Below, in pieces: positions 35,926 through 49,914 of a DNA stretch of 64,000 nt. A program made the translations under genes and the position numbers. The stretch lies in NCBI GenBank assembly GCA_028534125.1, contig CM052817.1:95730001-95794000 (forward strand), written 5' to 3'. The number at the start of each line of letters is the position of its first letter. The first letter of the stretch is position 1. Source of the DNA: Lama glama. Its lineage: Eukaryota. The notes beneath the pieces are model-generated. The model was not told the DNA's origin, did not search any database, and was given only the letters and a program-made list of their open reading frames with translations.

Positions 35926-38900
35926 AAGGCAAGAGGTCTTACAACCTGATTCTGGGCATCATTTTACAGAATTGCACAAAGGTGGTCCCTGATCTTGGAG
36001 AGAAATTTGCCACCACACATTCTTATGCACTCATCAAGGTGTTGATCAGTCCTTGTTAACTTTAAGACTCTTGTCCGCAAGGCAGCAGTGGGGATTGGTG
36101 AATGTCAACATTCTGCATCCTCATTATAGACAAGTTCAGCTAGACTGCCGTCTTCACCTGTGGTTTGTCAGGAACGAGACAAATCTAACTTGAAATCCCC
36201 ATACTTTGGGGTGTACAGACATCCTTGCACGTGGTAATAGCATTTTTTATTTGACATATTAAATATAGATGTTTTTAGCATGATGCAGAAATTCATCACT
36301 GAGTAGAAGAACTTAGAATTTGACTGTGAACTTACTTAAAATAACTTAAAAATTCAGTATTAACTGAATTCAGAGTTTTTAGTAGGTGTCTGAGATTCCA
36401 ACGAAATTGTTAACAACATCTGTCATGAGAAATGCCAGCTGCCTTTGGCAGGTCTGTACGATCTTTGCTGAAGAATGCTTTACTAAAGGCTGCCACAGAA
36501 CTCCTACTTCTTTTCCCCTTAAGATTCTTATATCTTTATGTTACAAAAAAACAGAATGAGTTTTGGGGGCTGAGGAGAATTTGGGAGGAAGGGTGAAGAA
36601 AAGGAGACAATGATTTTATCGATACTGGTTTTGAAATAAAAGTTCTAAGTAGGCCCCTGCCAAAAATCAGAATAAAAGTGAGCTGTTACAGTTCAATTTA
36701 TACTCAATGTTTGAACTGTAATTCGAATTCATTTCCTGCTAAAATTTTGCATTTTCTAAGAACTGATGATAAGTGACGAGATGGTCTCCAGCTTGCTCTA
36801 GGACTTAGTGTGTCGAGTCCTTTTCTCTCAAGGCCAAGGGGTAATTGCAGACTTATTTCCCAACTCCAGACTCTTCAGGGGTCAGGAAGATGGGCGTTGG
36901 GCCCTCTGTCCTGGAGTTCCCACAGAACTTCAGACAGATCTGGCTAACTGGGTCATGTTGCAGACCGTTACCCTGCCAGGATGCCAGCGAGACTTCTATT
37001 ACCCACCTGTATTTTGTTAATTCCTAAATTCAGCAACAGAGGGGAACTTTTGCCCTGTCCCTGGACCGGATTCCTTTTCGGAAGTGAGAAAGCTGTTGGC
37101 ACCGGTACCACACTCAGAACAAGAGTACTGCCCTTGAGTCTTGTGGTAACTGAAGGTATAGAGGGCGACACAGAGCCTTCCCCAGAAGCTGAGGCACCGA
37201 GGTAGATCTGAAGCTAGTCCCGTATTTTTCAAGGTCAGTAGAAGAAGGGATATCCGATGCTGATGCCAGCTGCACGTGTAAAGTAACCTCAGCCCCACAT
37301 TCTGCATTGAGTTGTATGGAAATAAGTCAGAATCTCAAATTCAGTATGCCATGATTCCCAGTGCTGCTCAAGTAAATAGTTTGGGAAAAGGTAAACATTT
37401 TCACTCTTCCTGCCAAGGGCAAGGCATTTCAATTTCTCCTCTTTGGTGGGTGCAGCAAGAGACAAATTAAGTGCCATTGTTCGGCCTGGACAGTTGTTAC
37501 ACATCTCCACTTAATGTCATTACTCTGTCACCATGCAAAGTCATAACAGAGAACCCTGAATTTTTATCTTAACTGCTTGGTAAGCCACATAAATACTTAT
37601 AATCCAAATGAAGATATATTAATGTATACAGCTACAGAGGTTTTTCTTATTTGTGTATATTTTTATTTGTTTATGTTTATTTTATTTCTTTACTTCTTTG
37701 ACTTTAATCATTTTTAATATGTAACATTTTATACGTGGATATAAAAACACCTTTTTTTGTACATGAAAGTGTTTATTCTCTGGAAAATTTTAAATGAATG
37801 CTTTCCTGAGTTTTATATATTTTAGCAGGTTTTTTTTTTTGGTTTTATATTTTATTTAGCAGAGGAGAACTCAATAGAGTTCTGCAAAGCATTGCTTTAA
37901 TCGGTTGTGATTACACTTACAATGCTTGCTTACTCTTCAGTTAAATGCATTAAACGCTATTGTTTCAGAGGCCCTCGCTGCGTCAAACTGTTATTTCTGG
38001 CATTTCAATATAAGCATGAGGTCAAGAAGAATAAAGAACACCAAATAAATTTCTCAGCAGGAATTCCAGCTTCCTTTCTCCTATATGTTCAGACTTCTGA
38101 TTTCTAGGAGAAAAAAGGAACCCTTATAGGCAGACAAAATTGTCTGAATTTTTCTATCACTGCTGGTCATGGCTTTAAGAACACTAAATGTATGGTATTC
38201 CATACCATCGTGGGGAGCTGTGTGTAGTAGAGAATGACTATAAATCTTCTTGGCTTATATAGAAAGAATAATCCTAAAATAAAGTTTATTTTAAGTCCTG
38301 AAGTCATACTCTCTCTGAATCCTTTTTTATATAATTCTCCTACAGGAAAACATATCACCACGACATCTCATTTCCAGAGCTCCCATTGACTGGTGCTTTC
38401 CAAACTTCGATGTCTGAATGTCTTTACAAACGTCCAATCATCATAATGCATAAAACAACGTGGAGCAGTCTGACATTGTTTGTCTTTGTGTGGTAGAAAA
38501 AAAAAGAGCCAAAATAAATTGTTTGTATAGTGCAGAAATTGGAGGTTGGGATTAAATTGACCTCAGGTTAATAATAGGATGAAGATCAACTGTCAAGTAG
38601 CAAGAAAATGCTATAGCCTTGGCAATAATTAATGTTGAACAATGACTGGAGTTCAGATTATTGTAATGAGAGATGATATGCTGTTCTGACTGTCCAGAGG
38701 TCAGTGTCACTTGGTTTCTTATGGTTAGGGGTAAATAAGGGGGACTTTCTAGTAAAAAGAATGTAACTGGATACAATGAGCCTGCAGTGCCCCAAGGTTC
38801 ATGGGAGACATTGTTAGTATGTATAAAGGGTTTATAAAATACGTAGCAGCCAGTGCTTTATGGAATTTGGTCCCTGATGGAAAGCAGGGTGCATGGGGAA

Positions 38901-41559
38901 GCCTGCAAAGCTAGGGAGGTGTTTATCCAGCTGTAGAAAACAGACCAAGATTACAGGTTCCAGAGTTCCATATGTTGGCTATTACCCTGTAATTGTAATG
39001 AATCTTTTCTTGAATGCTTCATTTTCTGAATGGCACCATTCTTCCCATATTATATCATCAGTTGGCCTTGCTCTGATGATATATTACATTAATATATCAT
39101 TAAAGCAACACATGTATGAGAGTAATACATGATGAGAACAAAGCACTGTGGTGGTGATGTGTTTCACAGCAGATGGCTCCAACTTGGGCAGAACAGGTCC
39201 AGAAGCAGAGTCAGGTCAACAACACAAAGGTGAGCCCATCATGGCACATGTTCGTTGGCACCTGACATTTGGCTCCAGTTGTATGTTATGACCCAAGTGT
39301 ATGCACATTCCTCTTTCTACTGAACCATTAATTCTTTACCAAAACCCTTGGGTATGTTGAGTCTCATTTCTGAAAAACAGAGTGAAATGAAAGTCTCTGA
39401 GAGAAGGTTGTCTGTAGGCAATGGACTGTCCAAGGCTGCTCCGTTTCTGGGGAGACAATTTCACCTGGGAGTGCAAATCTAATACTCTCTGGTCAGGATG
39501 GCAGCTGTGCCATTTGCTGATGTAGGATGGCAGCTGCATTTACTTTCCCTGCCACCTCACTACAGATATCATTTTCCCTCAATGTTTTATCAAATCCTTT
39601 AACCTGGGACTGGTGCTTTCAAAATCAAACATGTGGTCTACAAGTAAAGAGAACAAATTCCCAAGATGCTCAATATCTCCAGAAAAACCGAAAGGGTGGG
39701 GGGATGTAAAGAGAGAAAAACAATGCACTTCATCTAAGATGGGCGCATGGGAGTCCTGCCACAACTGGGCCAGAGAAATGGTGCCCAGATGGGAGCAAAG
39801 ATGGAGAACTTCCATACTTGCTTAGTGCACTTTCAGACGAAGATGGACTTTTCTCTAATGGTTTGTCTTTCATCATCTTCATTCTCTCGATAATTGGTTT
39901 AGGAATTCAGGATATGAGGAGGGTTGGACCAGCAGGGCACTCAGATAACAGTGGGTTTGTTGACATGTTCACAGGCAGATAGGGCCATGGCCGGACCCGT
40001 GATTGGTGTTGGTATTTTTATGGCAAAACCCCAATCACATTATTGCTGTCAGTGCAGAAATCAGATTTCTTGTTCACTGTCACCCCTTGCAGCTACCAGG
40101 CTTGATCTGCAAAAAGTCCAAGGAAAGGAACAGAGTATTTATCATAACAAAGGTAGATTCATCTGGAAGCTGCAGTTGATGGGAAGGTTTCCACTGATCA
40201 GGGCGTGGGTGCGGGGCGGTGGTAATACTGTCTAAGAAGTGACCTCTTCCATTTGAGTGAGCCTTCAGAGAAAGGGTTATCCATTTCAGGTTTTGCCCCT
40301 TTCAGAATCCTTTCGTAGCTGTGAGGTTACTCAGCCCCTCCCTCCCTCCCACTGTTTAGGAGACAGCAGTAATCACCTCCTAGTAAGAGCCTGCAGCAGC
40401 AGCCAACACTTTGAGAAAATGGCCCCAATTTAGAGAATGGCATCTCCTAACGGGTTTCCTCTGGCACTTGAAGGCAAGATTCGGGAGTGTCCAAAGCGAG
40501 GAGCATACACACTTGCTAATGTGATTTGATGGTAATTGTTGTGAGTCTTTGTCGTTCGACTTTTGCCCAGACTCTTGGTATGGGATACTTGTTAACTAAC
40601 TGGGCATTTTCTAAATGGATGACTTAGATGAATGGATGGATCAATCCCTTAATGGATTGACTATCTCTAGATAGATTGCCAGATATCCCAGGAGAGAGGC
40701 ATAGAGAGAGAGAGTTGTTGTTTTACTAATTCTAGCTTCTTGCTTGGAAGTCACAGAGCAAAATACACATAAGTTATATGCTTGGAAGAGAAAGAACTTT
40801 GAGTGGGACTCTGTGAAAAATGCTAATCTTAAATAAAAGACACAGAAACAAGGCTCATGAGAAGAGACAGTTATCTCCCATGTGAACTTGGGTCCTGTTG
40901 TGTGTATTTACCAGTGATCTTGCCACTGCCACTTAGTATTGGATGATCTGAGAAATAATCGAGTGCCATTTTTTGTATTTCACCAGAATAGACTCAGTCT
41001 CCACAAGGGGACTCATATATCCAGCCTCTGAGGTACCACAGGTTAATTCATTGATTTTAAATATTTTATAAAAGGCACCCATCAAAAGGCTAGAAGCACA
41101 TATCCATCAATTAAAAATTAAACAATCAAGGCAAAACAATACACGCACACACACACACACACACACACACTCAACCATGCCATCCATTACTGTGAATAAG
41201 CCATCAACAGGAGACCAAGGAAAGACAGATATCTTACATCAGGTCTGCAAGAGAAATACATTTATCAGCCCACTTAATAAATGCTTTTTGACATTTAAGA
41301 GTCTGTTTCTATGTGGTCCTGTACCAAGAGAGATTTATGCATACACACTGTGTGCATTCTCAGAACTTACAGTCTAAGAAAGAACTGAGCAGCGTCCATG
41401 GAGGGCTCCAGGCATGCTCTACTAATAGGAAGTTATTTTAGAATATAACAAATTAATATGGCTGTCTTTGGGGGGGAGGGTTTTCTTACATCACAATCTG
41501 AATTTGGAAGATACATGAATTAGAAGAAGATAGATGAATTCGAAAGCTCACATGCTAGG

Positions 41560-42300
41560 AGTATGCAGTGACTCGCAGATATTTCTAAGGGGAGTGCAAA
41601 TTGTTTCCAACTTCCTAGGGCAATTTGGCAATGCATATTTAAAGCCTTGAAATTTTTCATCCCCTTTGGCCCAGAAATTCTCCTTGCAGGCATTTATTTT
41701 AAAGAAATAGTCATGGAGTTTGCAAAGATTCAGCAACAAGAATATTCATTTCAGTGTTGTTCACAATAACCCAAATTTGTACAGTCTGAATGTTCAAAAA
41801 TATAAGATGATTTCAATCTATTCTTGACCATGCATTTAGTGGAAGACCACCAAATTTGTAACAAAATAATGAAGAACAATGAATGATGTCATAAGATGAA
41901 AGGAATATGCTGAAGAATGATATTACTGAATTATCACTTTTTGATTAAAAATTTATGCATTAAATACACATATGTGGTGGGGAGGATATAGCTCAGTGGT
42001 AGAGTGTGTGCTTAGCAGGTGTGAGGTCCTGGGTTCAATCCCCAGAACCTCCATCAAAACAAAAAACAAAAAACAAAAAAACAAAAACCTAATTATCTCC
42101 CCCTAGAGAACAAGACAAAATAAAATATGCATACTATGATTTCAGTGTACATGTAGATAGCACAAGACTGCAAGGAAGTGCATCCAAATATCAATAATAA
42201 ACACTTCCGTGTGATGACATTATTGGTAATTTTAATTTTATTTTTGTTTACTTGTATTATCTTCATTTCTAAATTGGACTATTTAAAACTAATAAAAACA
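41560..42300 (+). mobile_element. Very old L1 (L1ME-type) 3' remnant
   Basis: GGGCAATTTGGCAATGC..CCCTTTGGCCCAGAAATTC..AAGAATATTCATTTCAGTGTTGTTCACAATA. Confidence 0.65.
41979..42125 (+). mobile_element. Vic-1 SINE
   Basis: GGGGAGGATATAGCTCAGTGGTAGAGTGTGTGCTTAGCAGGTGTGAGGTCCTGGGTTCAATCCCCAGAACCTCCA with intact A and B boxes, (A6C)n linker and CCTAATTATCTCCCCC. Confidence 0.92.
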
Positions 42301-43784
42301 TACTATGATAGGTGAAAACAAGTGTCAGTATGGCTGGGGATGGGACTGGCAAGGAGAGAAAGTTGGGAGACGTAGACAGAAGCTAGAAGAGCCTTGAAGA
42401 CCAAGCGAAGAAAAAAGACAGTTTCTCCATATCCAGAGCATTTTATTAAAGATACATAAAATTGAATGGGTGCTACTGGCACTTTTGTTAAAAATTGAAG
42501 CTAATTTGAATTCCCCTCTCCTCCACCTTAAAAGCCTTCATCAAAGATCACACACTATCAGAGCTGGTGGGCTGAGTGGCCAGGAAGCTGTGTTTGCTCT
42601 GTGGTCACACGACAGCATCGCCTTCACTATCATCCTTTGTAAGTGCTCGGTGAACCGTAGCTCTTTCCTTACCTGCCTGGGAACATCTGTGAGGGACCTG
42701 ATGGCTTCTCTGTTATTTTAACATTTGCTGCCATTATAATTTAAAATCTTCTTTATATCCAACCTATAATCCTGTAACAAGGTCATCCAAGAGTTCATTA
42801 AGAGGCAGAGCTGTAAAACACTCAGGAAAGTCGGGGACTTTGGAACAGAACTTGGATGTTCTAAATCTCTGTTGAGAAGGCCAAACAACTACCATGATGC
42901 TCTGTGCTGTTAATTTAAGAGAGAGCACTTCAAAATATTAGAGAAAATACAGGGAAAGTAAAAAGCAATCTTAAAGCAAATATACATTATCACGTTTGCA
43001 GATTTATGCACTTCAAGATTCATTCCCCCTCCTGCACACACTTTATATTCAGTCCTGTGGGAAAAGCAGGCTTGAATTATGTAAGTTTTGAATTATATGA
43101 GGTCTCCAGGAATACATTCTTTGCATAAAATGTAACCGTCTTGTGCAGTGGGGATGGGGTGAGTTGAGAGTGGTGGCAGCAGAATGGAAGGCAGAGGGGG
43201 GTGTTAGAAAGAGAGTGACAGGAGTTTGGAGATTTTGGAGCTAGGAGAGGGCATTGGAGGGAAGAGAAGATGGGGGCTGGGAGACAACTGGGAAGGGGCA
43301 CGAAGGAATGAAAAGTGACTTACATAAAGCACTGGAGGAATCGATTTACATGGATCCCATGGCTTAACTTTCACAGCCCGGGAGATACTATTTCTTACTG
43401 ACAAGAGAGAAAAACAATGGAGACCCCAAAGAGGCTTGCCTGGGAAGACTCCTTTATGTATTTGCCAATTTATTTTTCATTCTTTTGATTGTTCTAAAAT
43501 GAAAATTTTAGTTATAAAAGTAACACAAGCTTTGAAAAAAATCAGTTTAAATAATAAGGAAGTATTTAACATAGAAAGTGGAAGTCCACCATCCAACAAC
43601 TTCTCTGCCTCCCACAATGGAATTCTGCTCCTTGGAGAGAAATTCTATTAACCATTGAATCGCGACTTTCTGGACATTTTTACGCATACAAAAGGATCAT
43701 TCTCTGCCTACTGTTCTGAAAACTACTCCCCCATCCATCCAATCATACGTTTCAGATGCTGAAACATAAACCACCTTATCTTTT

Positions 43785-45878
43785 TTTTAATTAATAAACT
43801 TGATCTTTTAGAGGAGTTTTTGGGTCACAGCAGAATTGAGCAGAAAGTACAGAATTCCCATATGACCTCTGTCCCCACATGTGTACAACATCTCCCACTA
43901 TCTACATTCTGAAGCACAGTGGTCCATTTGTTAGAACCCATGAACCTACACTGACACATCATTATCTCTAAAGTCCAAAGCTTCTATTGGGTTTCACTCT
44001 TGGTGTTGTACCTTCTATGGGTTTGGACAAATGTATGATGACATGCACCCACCATTATATATTATACAGAATAGCTTCCCTGCTCAAAAACTTCTCTGCA
44101 TTCTGCTTGTTCATCCCTTCCTTCCTCCAGCCCCTGGCAGCCACTGATCTTTTTCCTGTCTCCACAATTTTGACTTTTCCAAAATGTCATATAGTTGGAA
44201 TTACACAATATACAATTTCCCCCAATATCCAACAGTAGTTCCTATGAAAACTTTTGTAAACCAAAATTGCATAAAGTGAAAAAGCAACTGCTTTGGGACA
44301 CATCCTGTTAATGGAAGCACAAAATAAGTTGAGATGAAGCACAGATGCTCAGAGACAGTTCAAAGCGATGGCGGTTTGATGCTGACGTGCTGAGTGGGGT
44401 TCCCGGGAAGGGGCTTGTTTGCCTTGAAACAAGCATGGAACACTATTTTTGCTTTTCCCTTTTTTCCCATAAAAGTGAAAATCCTCCTTGGATTTCTTTC
44501 TGTTAGTGAAAACAGGCACTAAATACGGGTCTTTCATAAAAGCGAAGTGGCATAAAGGGAACTTTCAAACATGGGAGAAACCTGTACAACCTTTTTAAGA
44601 TTGGCTTCTTTCGCTTCGTAATACGCATTCAGGTTTCCACCATGTCTTTTCATGACTCGATAGATCATTTCTCTTTTAGTGCTGAATAATATTCCATTGC
44701 CTGGATGTACCACAGTTTATTTATCCATCCTTCTACTCAAGGACCTCTTGGCTGCTTCCAAGTTTGGGCAATTGTGAATAAAACTGGAGATTTCTGGTTT
44801 CTGTTTCCACCTGTAAGGCTCTGTGAAGTGGTCACTCTGACCTAACAGCGAGTAAAATGCTAAACTGATGAAAAAATCAGCAATTCTTCTTGGATTTACT
44901 AGAGAAGGGAGGACACAGAGCAAACTGCTGCCCTCAAGACTGGAGAGTCAGATAGGCGAAAACAGGGAGTCAGGGTTTACCAGAGCAGAAACTCGGGAGT
45001 GAGTGGAAATCTCAGAAAGAACCAGTGCGAGGGTCGGAAAACGGAATTGTAATTGATGAACAGTTGGAAGCTCAGGCGTTAAAAACTCCAGGGGCACCCA
45101 GTCATGAGGAGGCCCCACAATATTCCGAATTACATCTCCAGGAGCTAAACCAGATTCCCACAGCAAGCATCATAGAAAAAAAATCCTTCATGCTTCTTGC
45201 AGAGGGAGGGGAAAAGGAACAGTTTGGAAATAATGCCACAGAGCTCTGTTCTTCTTAACAAGACCCGCCCTCAGGAGAAGCTAGCTAACCAGAACCTAGT
45301 CCCTGGGGTATTCCCAAAGCCTAACTGACCCGAGGAAGGGAAATACCCCAATCCAGCTCGCTCTAGCCATCCTGACACACCTAAGTGGGGCGAAAAAACT
45401 GAGAAACACATGAAGTTCACAGTCCAGAGGCAAAAGCTCACTAAAAGACTGAGACCTAATCATAGGACTTTGGAACTCTTCTATGTGTATCTTTATATTT
45501 CAAGTGGGTTTCTTGTAGACCACATACAGTTGGGTCTTACTTTTTGATCTGCGCCAACAATTTCTGCCTTAATTGTTGCATTTAGACCATTGACATTCAA
45601 AGTGATTATAAAGTTGGGTTTATATCCACCATATTGTTATTGTTTTCTGTTTATTGCCCCTGTTCTCTGTTCCTATTTTTGTTTTCCACAATTATTCTAC
45701 TTCTGTAGGTTTAATTGAGCATTTTATATGATTCTATTTATCTCATTTCTTGGCATATTAATTCTCCAATGGATCTCAGAAGAGTTGTTGGTTCTCCCGA
45801 TTGTTCAGCTTTTTACTTGTTGGGATGGAGTGGTGACTTCTAATTTTCTAACATGCAGGTTGAGAAATGGGATGTCTC
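43785..45878 (-). mobile_element. Rearranged L1MC-type element with nested Tigger and an inverted L1 5'-UTR segment
   Basis: L1MC-like 3' UTR at 43785-44785 (resumes after the Tigger), a plus-strand 5'-UTR-like block at ~44786-45480, a minus-strand ORF2-start region at 45480-45760 and a 5' tip at 45763-45878. Confidence 0.7.
44213..44584. mobile_element. Tigger-family element (Tigger6-like) inserted in L1
   Basis: Flanked by TA on both sides, with CAATTTCCCCC...GGGAGAAACCTG termini. The host L1 sequence rejoins across it. Confidence 0.75.
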
Positions 45879-47029
45879 CACCTTCTCCTTTTGAAAATAG
45901 CATCACAGCATCTCACTTATGGTTGTACCACACTTTAGCCAGTCATCCATTATTGTGGACATTTGTCATTTTTTTGGCACCCAGCTTCCTTTCCTTGTCC
46001 TTGATTGGCACCTTGGATCCTTGGTGCCAGTATGAAATCCTGTGTCCACCTCTCATAAAGAAGGGCCAATCCTTCCTCTCCTTGCCCCAGATACAGGTGT
46101 GGGAGTTCAACCAAGCAGATGCTCTCTGGTGGGATTTTGACCCACGAGAATTCATTGGAATGAACTGTAGAAGCTCCCTCATCTAGGTAAGGATGTCCTG
46201 ATTAAACCATTTCTGCTACTGGTTCTTGGCTGTGGTTCCTCCTTCCTGGCTCTCAGAATGACCTGAGTTTTCCAACAGGCACTTCAGGCCCCTGTTGAGC
46301 TGCAGGTCTCTGAGAGCCTCTAATAAGTTGGCCAGACCTGATTTCTGTTGATTCCAACCAGGAACCCTAACTTGTGTTCCCATCTATTCATGTCATCCAC
46401 ACACACATTTATATGAGAAGTATATTTTGATGGCATATTTGAATAAACCCTAGACCCCCTCTAGCTATCCTGAGAGCTGAAGGAATCAGCCTCAGCACAC
46501 CTGCATCCCATCCTTGGCTCATCGATGGATAAGGCCCACCAGGTGGGAGCTCTGCCCTCATTTAAATACCTGTTGATGTGTATCTAGATTGTTTCCAATT
46601 TTGCACTATAAGAAACTATGCTATAATAGGTGTTCTGCAATGTTCCTTTCAATTCTCAATTAATTTAGTGCATTTAAAATATTCCCCAAATTTGATCCAC
46701 TATGAATTTTCAGGAGTGTTGTTTCTGGTTTATTGTAAACCAGAATGGTATTTATACCTCCTCCCTGGCTCACAGAGAATATTCCTACCAGCTCCAGGCA
46801 AATGGCCTCTTCGGGTACCCTGTTGGATGATGCCAATTAGGCTGGAAAGGGTTGGACCCTGTCACACAGAGGACTCAAGTTGCAAGGTTGCTCTGGCTTA
46901 ACAATCAAAATTCTGCACTTTGTCAGAAAGTTATGAGTGTCTGTCAGAATGTCATAGACTCCTATGTCCTGTCCCAGTTGTGACGCCTTTGTCGTGCTGT
47001 GGCAGAGAAGCAATGGCAACAGCAACGGT

Positions 47030-47242
47030 CAAGGACTCACTATTTGAGGCACCGTCTGCTCTAGGTGCCACCCCTGTAATGCCTCATTTTATCCTCACAT
47101 CAGCTCTATGAGGAAAATCCTATTATCAGCCCTAATTTACATATGAAGGAACTGAGATAAGATAATAACTCTCCCACAGTTACCTGGATAGTGAGCAGTG
47201 GGGCTAGGAGTTGAACCCAAAACTGTCTGGTTCCACAGCCTT
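47030..47242 (-). mobile_element. MIR SINE
   Basis: CTCATTTTATCCTCAC..CTATGAGG..TATTATC..TTTACATATGAAGGAACTGAG..GAGTTGAACCCA..TCTGGTTCCA is the reverse MIR core and head. Confidence 0.85.
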
Positions 47243-47537
47243 CAGGAACAAGTACATATAAACAGACACCTTTAGTTTGGCATTTCAGAACCTATCATAC
47301 CAATTTTACATCTCTCAGACATCTAGCTTTAGTAAGTGTTTACTTTTTTCAATTAAAACATTAGTTGCTATAAAAATAGAACAATTTCATTATTTTTAAA
47401 AAACTGCGGAAATCACAGGCAAGTATTTACAGGAAAAAAAAAGGGAGGAACATATGTTATAGTAATCCCACTGTTTCAAGATAATCACCCTGAACATTTT
47501 GATGAAATTCTCATGTGTATGTATATTAGAAATATTA

Positions 47538-47895
47538 ATTTTTTTATTTTTAATAGACTTTATTATTTTAGAGTAGTTTCAGGTTCACAACAGAATTGAG
47601 CAAAAAATACAGAGTTCGCACATAGCCATCCCCATCCACACATATATACTCCCCTACCCTCGACATCCCTCATCCGTGTGGCATATTTGGTAAAATCAAT
47701 GAAACAATGTAAGCACATTATTATCAAAGTCCATAATTTACATTAGGGTTCACTTTGATTTTGTACATTCTATGGACTTTGACAAATGCATAATGACATG
47801 TAGCCACCAATATAGTATCACACAGAATAATTTCATTGCCCTAAAAATCCCTTGTGCTCCATCTTATTCATTCCTCTCTCCCTCCCTCTCCCCAA
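47538..47895 (-). mobile_element. L1MC-type 3' end
   Basis: TAATAGACTTTATT..TTAGAGTAGTTTCAGGTTCACAACAGAATTGAGC, homologous to the 43785 copy. Confidence 0.85.
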
Positions 47896-49034
47896 ACATT
47901 CATTTTATAAAGTTAAGATATTCTGTACACACAATTTTAGATCTTCTATTATGTAAATTTTTACTATAAAGATTTCATCATATTTTAAATAATGTTCAAG
48001 ACTTGATTTTTAATGGCTACATAATATCCCACAGATTTGGATGTACTACTATTTATTTAGTCTCTTCCCTTTTGTTGACACTTAGGTCAATATGGATTCT
48101 TTGCAGAAATAACTATTGCTGTGATGAACATCCTTGTGCCTTCAGTCCTGATTTTCTGGAACTCAAATCAACTCTGAGAAAATCACAAGTGCCTTTTGAG
48201 CATGCCAGTCCGTGCATCGCTGACAACAAATTCTGGAGTTGGTTAGAGACATCCTGTCAGACCTCTCTGATGAAAACAGAAGCCATGAGAAAATGAACTG
48301 GGAGACAGAACAAATAGATGTTCTCATTTAAACCCTGACGTGTGACCTCCAATGCATTTTCATTACCACCCTTTGTCAACTGAATTGTGTACATTAAGGT
48401 GGGTCCAGGGATCAACATGAGTTTAAAGAATGCACCAGTTATGAATATAGTTCACAATTGATTAATACCACAATTAAATTTTTTTTCTTTTTCTACTCTG
48501 CTCCACTTTAAATCTTGGAACTTTCTTATCATCATCATCATCCCATAATGTACTCCCTTGTAACTAATGTGACATACTATATTGGGAAAAAAAAAAGACA
48601 CTTCAATTATGTTTTGGAATAGTTGTGAACTATCAGTTCATGTTTCTAAGAAATACAGCAGAAAGTTATTAAGTTATTATTATTTTATACTCTTAAGAGA
48701 TCAAAGGCTCCCAAACCCCCAGTTTTGAGTGTGTGTGTATATGTGTGTGACTGAAAACTATCTAATTTTCCAGACTAATCTTTGGAGCCTGGTTTACTTA
48801 CTGATAGAACATCCATTGGTCCCGATTCAATGACATTTATTTACAAATGACCTTCTTCCTTCATAGCAGCTTCTCCAAAGGAGCATGGAAACCAGCCTCC
48901 TCCATCTTCATGCTCTGTGTCTTTTTATTGACATGTTTGTAATACGAGTTCCCTAAACCAGTGTTTCCTAAAGTGTGTCATGGAATACTTTTTTTTTTTT
49001 TTTTTTTTTTGCAAAAAATGAGGCTCCAAATCAG

Positions 49035-49240
49035 CAGTGTGCAGTAGTGGAAAGTGCTGGCATGGGCACGGGAGTCAGATTTTCCTGGTCCGCAAAGCAT
49101 CTCTGCCTCTCATAGGCTTCAATTTTCACATCCTTAAAGTGGGGCTAATTGTTCTTTCCTCTTAGCACTATTATGAGGACTCAAGGAGGTAGTAAATGTA
49201 TGTGCCATGCTTAACACAGTGCTGAACAAACATTACCTAC
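49035..49240 (+). mobile_element. MIR remnant
   Basis: CAGTGTGCAGTAGTGGAAAG..GGAGTCAGA..GGCTTCAATTTTCACATC..AAAGTGGGGCTAAT..TATTATGAGGA. Confidence 0.6.
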
Positions 49241-49914
49241 TATTAATGCTGAAATTAATATCAAAAATGGATTTGGGAAACTCTGGTTTAAAACTTACCT
49301 GCTTGTTTGTACATAGTGAGACTCCTCAGAACCTGTGAAAAGTTTCCCTCAAACTTGACAAGGAAACTCCTTGTAAAAAAGTACTTCCCAGGACTAATGT
49401 TCCAGAAAACCTTTTGGGGAAACACAGCCCCCAACAAACAGTGATGTAGGTCAATATTCTCTTTCCTTCTGCATCCACGTGCCTAGCTTACGATTACGCT
49501 TTGAGTGCTCCTCCGGAAACTCGACCTGTTTTGTGCCTTCTTGCTGCAGCTCACATTTTTAAGTAAGTACGTGAGGATGAAGGGGAAATACTCTGCCTAC
49601 AAATAAGCCAACGTAAGTGGCTACATGCACATACATGCACACACACACACACACACACCCCTGCACACACAAGCACACTCAGATGGGCAGGTCCATTTGC
49701 GTAAGGCTGGAGTCAGGAAGAGGAATCAGTAAGTTTCTAATTTTGCTTTAATTTACTTCACAGGTCCATATGAGGCTCTAGGTTTAGAAACCAATATAAG
49801 CCCTCTTAAATATTTTGTTGGGACCAGAATCTCCTAATTATCGGTCATATGTTGCCTCTGTGACAGGTGGTAAATGTCCAGGATCCCCTCCACCAACACC
49901 ATTTCAATTACTTC

